Positions 60,883-64,000 of a stretch of 64,000 nucleotides of DNA are shown piece after piece. The DNA is from Sphingobacteriia bacterium (lineage in GTDB: Bacteria; Bacteroidota; Bacteroidia; Bacteroidales; UBA7960): assembly GCA_011390785.1 (NCBI GenBank), contig JAABRR010000018.1, positions 13,208-77,207 of the forward strand. The letters run 5' to 3'. The translations under genes and the position numbers were made by a program. Under the pieces are notes generated by a model. That model did not search any database, had not been told where the DNA came from, and saw only the letters and a program-made list of their open reading frames with translations. Numbering within the stretch: the first letter of the stretch is position 1; the number at the start of each line of letters is the position of its first letter.

Positions 60883-60921
60883 TTATTAGGGTATTTAACA
60901 GATCATTCTTTTATGTATTGC

Positions 60922-63741
60922 TTAAGAATTTCTTAAGGTTTCAAAAGATGCCAGTAGCCGGTTAATCCCTATAACATTAAAAGAGTTGGCTTCCTGACTA
61001 AGCAAGGCTGCGAATTCTTTAAGATAGTTAAGGTTTTCCTTTTCTGCTATGCTGTTTAATAAAGTTGAAAAACTGATTATCTCATCAAATCCTAAAATGT
61101 CGGCAATTTTGTCATATTCCGACCATATTTGTTCAGTAATAAAAAGATTGGCGTTGTTTTCAGAACCAAATTTACTTACCAGTTCATTCATCAATAAACC
61201 AACAAGTTCTTTATGTGAATTAAATTCCTGGTTTTTATTTTTAGCCTGGTTAGTAGTTTTTCCGGTTTTTTTGGAATAATCTTCTAAAACAGAAACTGAA
61301 GGAATATACACAACAAATTCAGTTCCTTTACCAGGTGTTGAATTTACAGATATTCTACCATTCATCATTTCAATAAATCGTCTTGAAATGGCCAGTCCTA
61401 AACCTGTTCCTTCCTGCTTTCTGGTTTCATCGGGTTGCTTTTGAAAAAATGGATTAAATATCTCATTGATATCTTTCTGAGATATCCCGGGCCCGGAATC
61501 AATAACCCTTATTATTAAATCAACGGAATTGTTTAGTGTGTTTTTTCTCAGTGTTTGCACAGTAACTTTTATATAACCCCTTTCAGTAAATTTTACGGCA
61601 TTCCCTACCAGATTAAAGAGAATCTGCCTAAGTCTTATCTCATCGAGCATTATGTTTGATGGAGTGTCCTGCAATATTTCAGAGTCGAGAGCTAGTCCTT
61701 TCTGCCCTGCTTTCAGAGAAAATATCTGTTTCACATCTTCAACCAGATCTGCAATATTGAAGGGTGATGGATTGAGCGACATCTTCCCGGCTTCAATACG
61801 CGATAGATCCAGAATATCGTTAATGAGCGCCATTAGTGCTTTGCTGCTTTTTTCAATTCCTGAGAGGTGCGATTTGAATTTTGTATCGGTAACCTTAAAT
61901 TCCCTGAGAATTTCTGTAAAGCCCATTATGGCATTGAGAGGGGTTCTGATTTCATGACTGATATTTGCCAGAAACTGACTTTTAATATAACTGGCTTCTT
62001 CTGCTTTTTCTTTGGCTTCTTTGAGCATATTCTCAACAATTTTGGCTTCGGAAATATCACGGGCCACTACCCCTAAAAGAAAATCCTGAGTAGATTTTAC
62101 AGGAAAACCTACCGATTGCAGTGTCTTATACTTTCCATAAGAATCTTTTATCTCAATTTCGTTTATTTTCTTAAACCACTTACTATCACCGGTCTTTAAT
62201 GCATTTTGAATGCTTTCTTTTCCAAACATGGAATCTTCAATATTCGCAGATTCTGAGTGCAGGACTTTTTCAATAAAGGTCCAGATTTTTTGACCAATGA
62301 CCTGTTTGCGGTTAAAACCAAAAATGATCTCACACCCTTTATTCCACTCAATTATAGCTCCCGACTGATTCACAATGATGATTGCATCAGTTGAGTTCTG
62401 GATAATATTTTTGAATTTTTCTTCTGTTTCTTCTTGAGCCTGAACGCGTTCAGTAATATCGGAATAGACTATTGCCACACCCATGTCTTTTAGTGGAATG
62501 GGTGCTGCACTTACATTTACCCATGTAATTTCGCCGGGTTTTTTCACCATACCCATTTCAACATTCTCAATAATAACATTATCTCTCAGAGCTCTAACAC
62601 TGGCGTATTCATTGTCGGGCATTTTTGTCATGTCTGTGCGAATAATTTTCCACTCTTTGCTGGCAAAATTACGCACCAGGTGCTCATCTCTTTTTAAACC
62701 CAGGAGATCTTCCGATGCAGGATTGCAGTCGATGATATTTCCGTTAATATCGGTTACCGTTACTCCTACCGGAAGGATTTTAAAGATTGTGCGAAGTAGC
62801 TCTTCGCTTTTTCTGCTCTCTTCTTCGGCAAGTACCCTGGCTGTTACATCTTCAATAATCAGGGCAACATAATCTTTCTCCGGAACAAAGGAGTAGAAAT
62901 TTACATACGTAGATTTATTTACTGGGAAATTCTCGATTTTCTGGTTCGTATTCAAAATAACAGTTTGGCGGAGCATATCCATAATAACTGATGCACTATC
63001 CGGGAAAATATGCAGCAATGGAACCCCTTCCTTATGATAAGGGCTAATGCCTGTTATGAGCTCGAAAGCAGCATTGGCTCTAAAAAAAAGAAAATCGCTT
63101 AACCGGGCGTTTTTAAAAACCGGTTTCAAAACCAAAAAACCGTTGATCATATTTTTGAATAGTAGCCTGTATCTACGTTCGCTGTCACGAAGTACAGCGG
63201 CTTCTTTTAGCTCAGAAACGTTGGTTGCGGAAAGTCTCACATACCATCGCCCATCAGAAGAATCCTGGTATGGAAGACTGTTGATGAGGAAATAGACATG
63301 TTCATTATTGTTTATAGATAGAGCCAGTTCAATATTTGTGGGATGCTTTTGCTCCATTACCTTCTGCCAATAGAAATAAAAGTGATCCTGCGATAATGAA
63401 TGGATAAATTTTGTAAATGGTTTTTTCTGGATAAGCTCTTTGGGTTTTTGTAATATATACGTAGCAGTAGTATTTACTTCAGAAATTACACCATCATTAT
63501 CCAAAATAAAATAGCCTACAGGCGCATTCTCAAAAAGATCATCCAGGCGTCGGTTTTTATGCTCTAATTCCCGGTTATTTCTTGAAAGCTCCTCTTGCTG
63601 TAATTCAAGTTCAATCTTATGAATATTGTATTCTTCAATTAGCTTCTCAATGTTATTGAATATCTCCGGATTGTCATCAAAGGATTTTTGCCCTAATAAT
63701 TCTCTGGCTTTATTTCTTAAATTTTCGGGGTTATAAGCCAT
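60922..63741 (-). CDS. Cytoplasmic multi-PAS sensor histidine kinase
   Basis: About four PAS domains; ISHEIRTPLN, NAVKFT, DSGPGI and GTGLGL motifs; helical C-terminal tail with no REC motifs. Confidence 0.92.
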   Translation of the reverse strand: MAYNPENLRNKARELLGQKSFDDNPEIFNNIEKLIEEYNIHKIELELQQEELSRNNRELEHKNRRLDDLFENAPVGYFILDNDGVISEVNTTATYILQKPKELIQKKPFTKFIHSLSQDHFYFYWQKVMEQKHPTNIELALSINNNEHVYFLINSLPYQDSSDGRWYVRLSATNVSELKEAAVLRDSERRYRLLFKNMINGFLVLKPVFKNARLSDFLFFRANAAFELITGISPYHKEGVPLLHIFPDSASVIMDMLRQTVILNTNQKIENFPVNKSTYVNFYSFVPEKDYVALIIEDVTARVLAEEESRKSEELLRTIFKILPVGVTVTDINGNIIDCNPASEDLLGLKRDEHLVRNFASKEWKIIRTDMTKMPDNEYASVRALRDNVIIENVEMGMVKKPGEITWVNVSAAPIPLKDMGVAIVYSDITERVQAQEETEEKFKNIIQNSTDAIIIVNQSGAIIEWNKGCEIIFGFNRKQVIGQKIWTFIEKVLHSESANIEDSMFGKESIQNALKTGDSKWFKKINEIEIKDSYGKYKTLQSVGFPVKSTQDFLLGVVARDISEAKIVENMLKEAKEKAEEASYIKSQFLANISHEIRTPLNAIMGFTEILREFKVTDTKFKSHLSGIEKSSKALMALINDILDLSRIEAGKMSLNPSPFNIADLVEDVKQIFSLKAGQKGLALDSEILQDTPSNIMLDEIRLRQILFNLVGNAVKFTERGYIKVTVQTLRKNTLNNSVDLIIRVIDSGPGISQKDINEIFNPFFQKQPDETRKQEGTGLGLAISRRFIEMMNGRISVNSTPGKGTEFVVYIPSVSVLEDYSKKTGKTTNQAKNKNQEFNSHKELVGLLMNELVSKFGSENNANLFITEQIWSEYDKIADILGFDEIISFSTLLNSIAEKENLNYLKEFAALLSQEANSFNVIGINRLLASFETLRNS

Positions 63742-64000
63742 ATGATATGAAAAATAAATGATACTTTAATTCAAATAAATTGCAATTATTTGCTCTATAC
63801 CTCTTCAATTGGATACCCCAACTCACTACCTTTAGTAAAAGTATTATTTTTCCTTCAATATTGAAACTGATTGTTAATAGTTTTGTGAAAATCAGTTTGT
63901 AAAATCTTTTTTATAAGGGCCTAAACTAAAGGGAAATTCCATTAGCAGTTGTTTTTTATTGTAATTTTGACAACTCATTTAAGAACATGTTTCATTATTT

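Overview
Chromosomal window from a Bacteroidota genome, most likely Bacteroidales, judged by TAnnTTTG promoters, the lptE-secG-groESL synteny and lipoprotein-rich operons. (1) 1-10.8 kb, minus strand: a beta-1,3-glucan (laminarin-type) operon. It encodes a ~1050-aa clan GH-A TIM-barrel protein fused to a predicted outer-membrane beta-barrel, a glycan-binding-type lipoprotein, GH16, a GH149-like phosphorylase, GH17 and the 5' end of a probable GH30. A LacI-type operator precedes it and there is no SusC/SusD pair in the visible part. (2) 11.1-13.1 kb: three toxin-antitoxin-like modules, two with decayed toxins. (3) 13-64 kb: mostly housekeeping and envelope genes: PAP2/ArnT/GT2 operon, cyclophilin, groESL, secG, lptE, a sigma54 activator, metG, tRNA-Arg(CCT), an ECF sigma/anti-sigma pair, an lpxL-like gene, a long KamA-like radical SAM enzyme, a flippase, a TonB receptor, radA, TolC/MFP, tsaB, priA, pfkA, a THUMP methyltransferase, hutI, leuS and three sensor kinases. 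The most interesting candidates are the hydrolase-porin fusion heading a SusCD-less glucan locus and a ~245-nt structured RNA upstream of pfkA. All family calls come from motif recognition by eye; no database searches were run.
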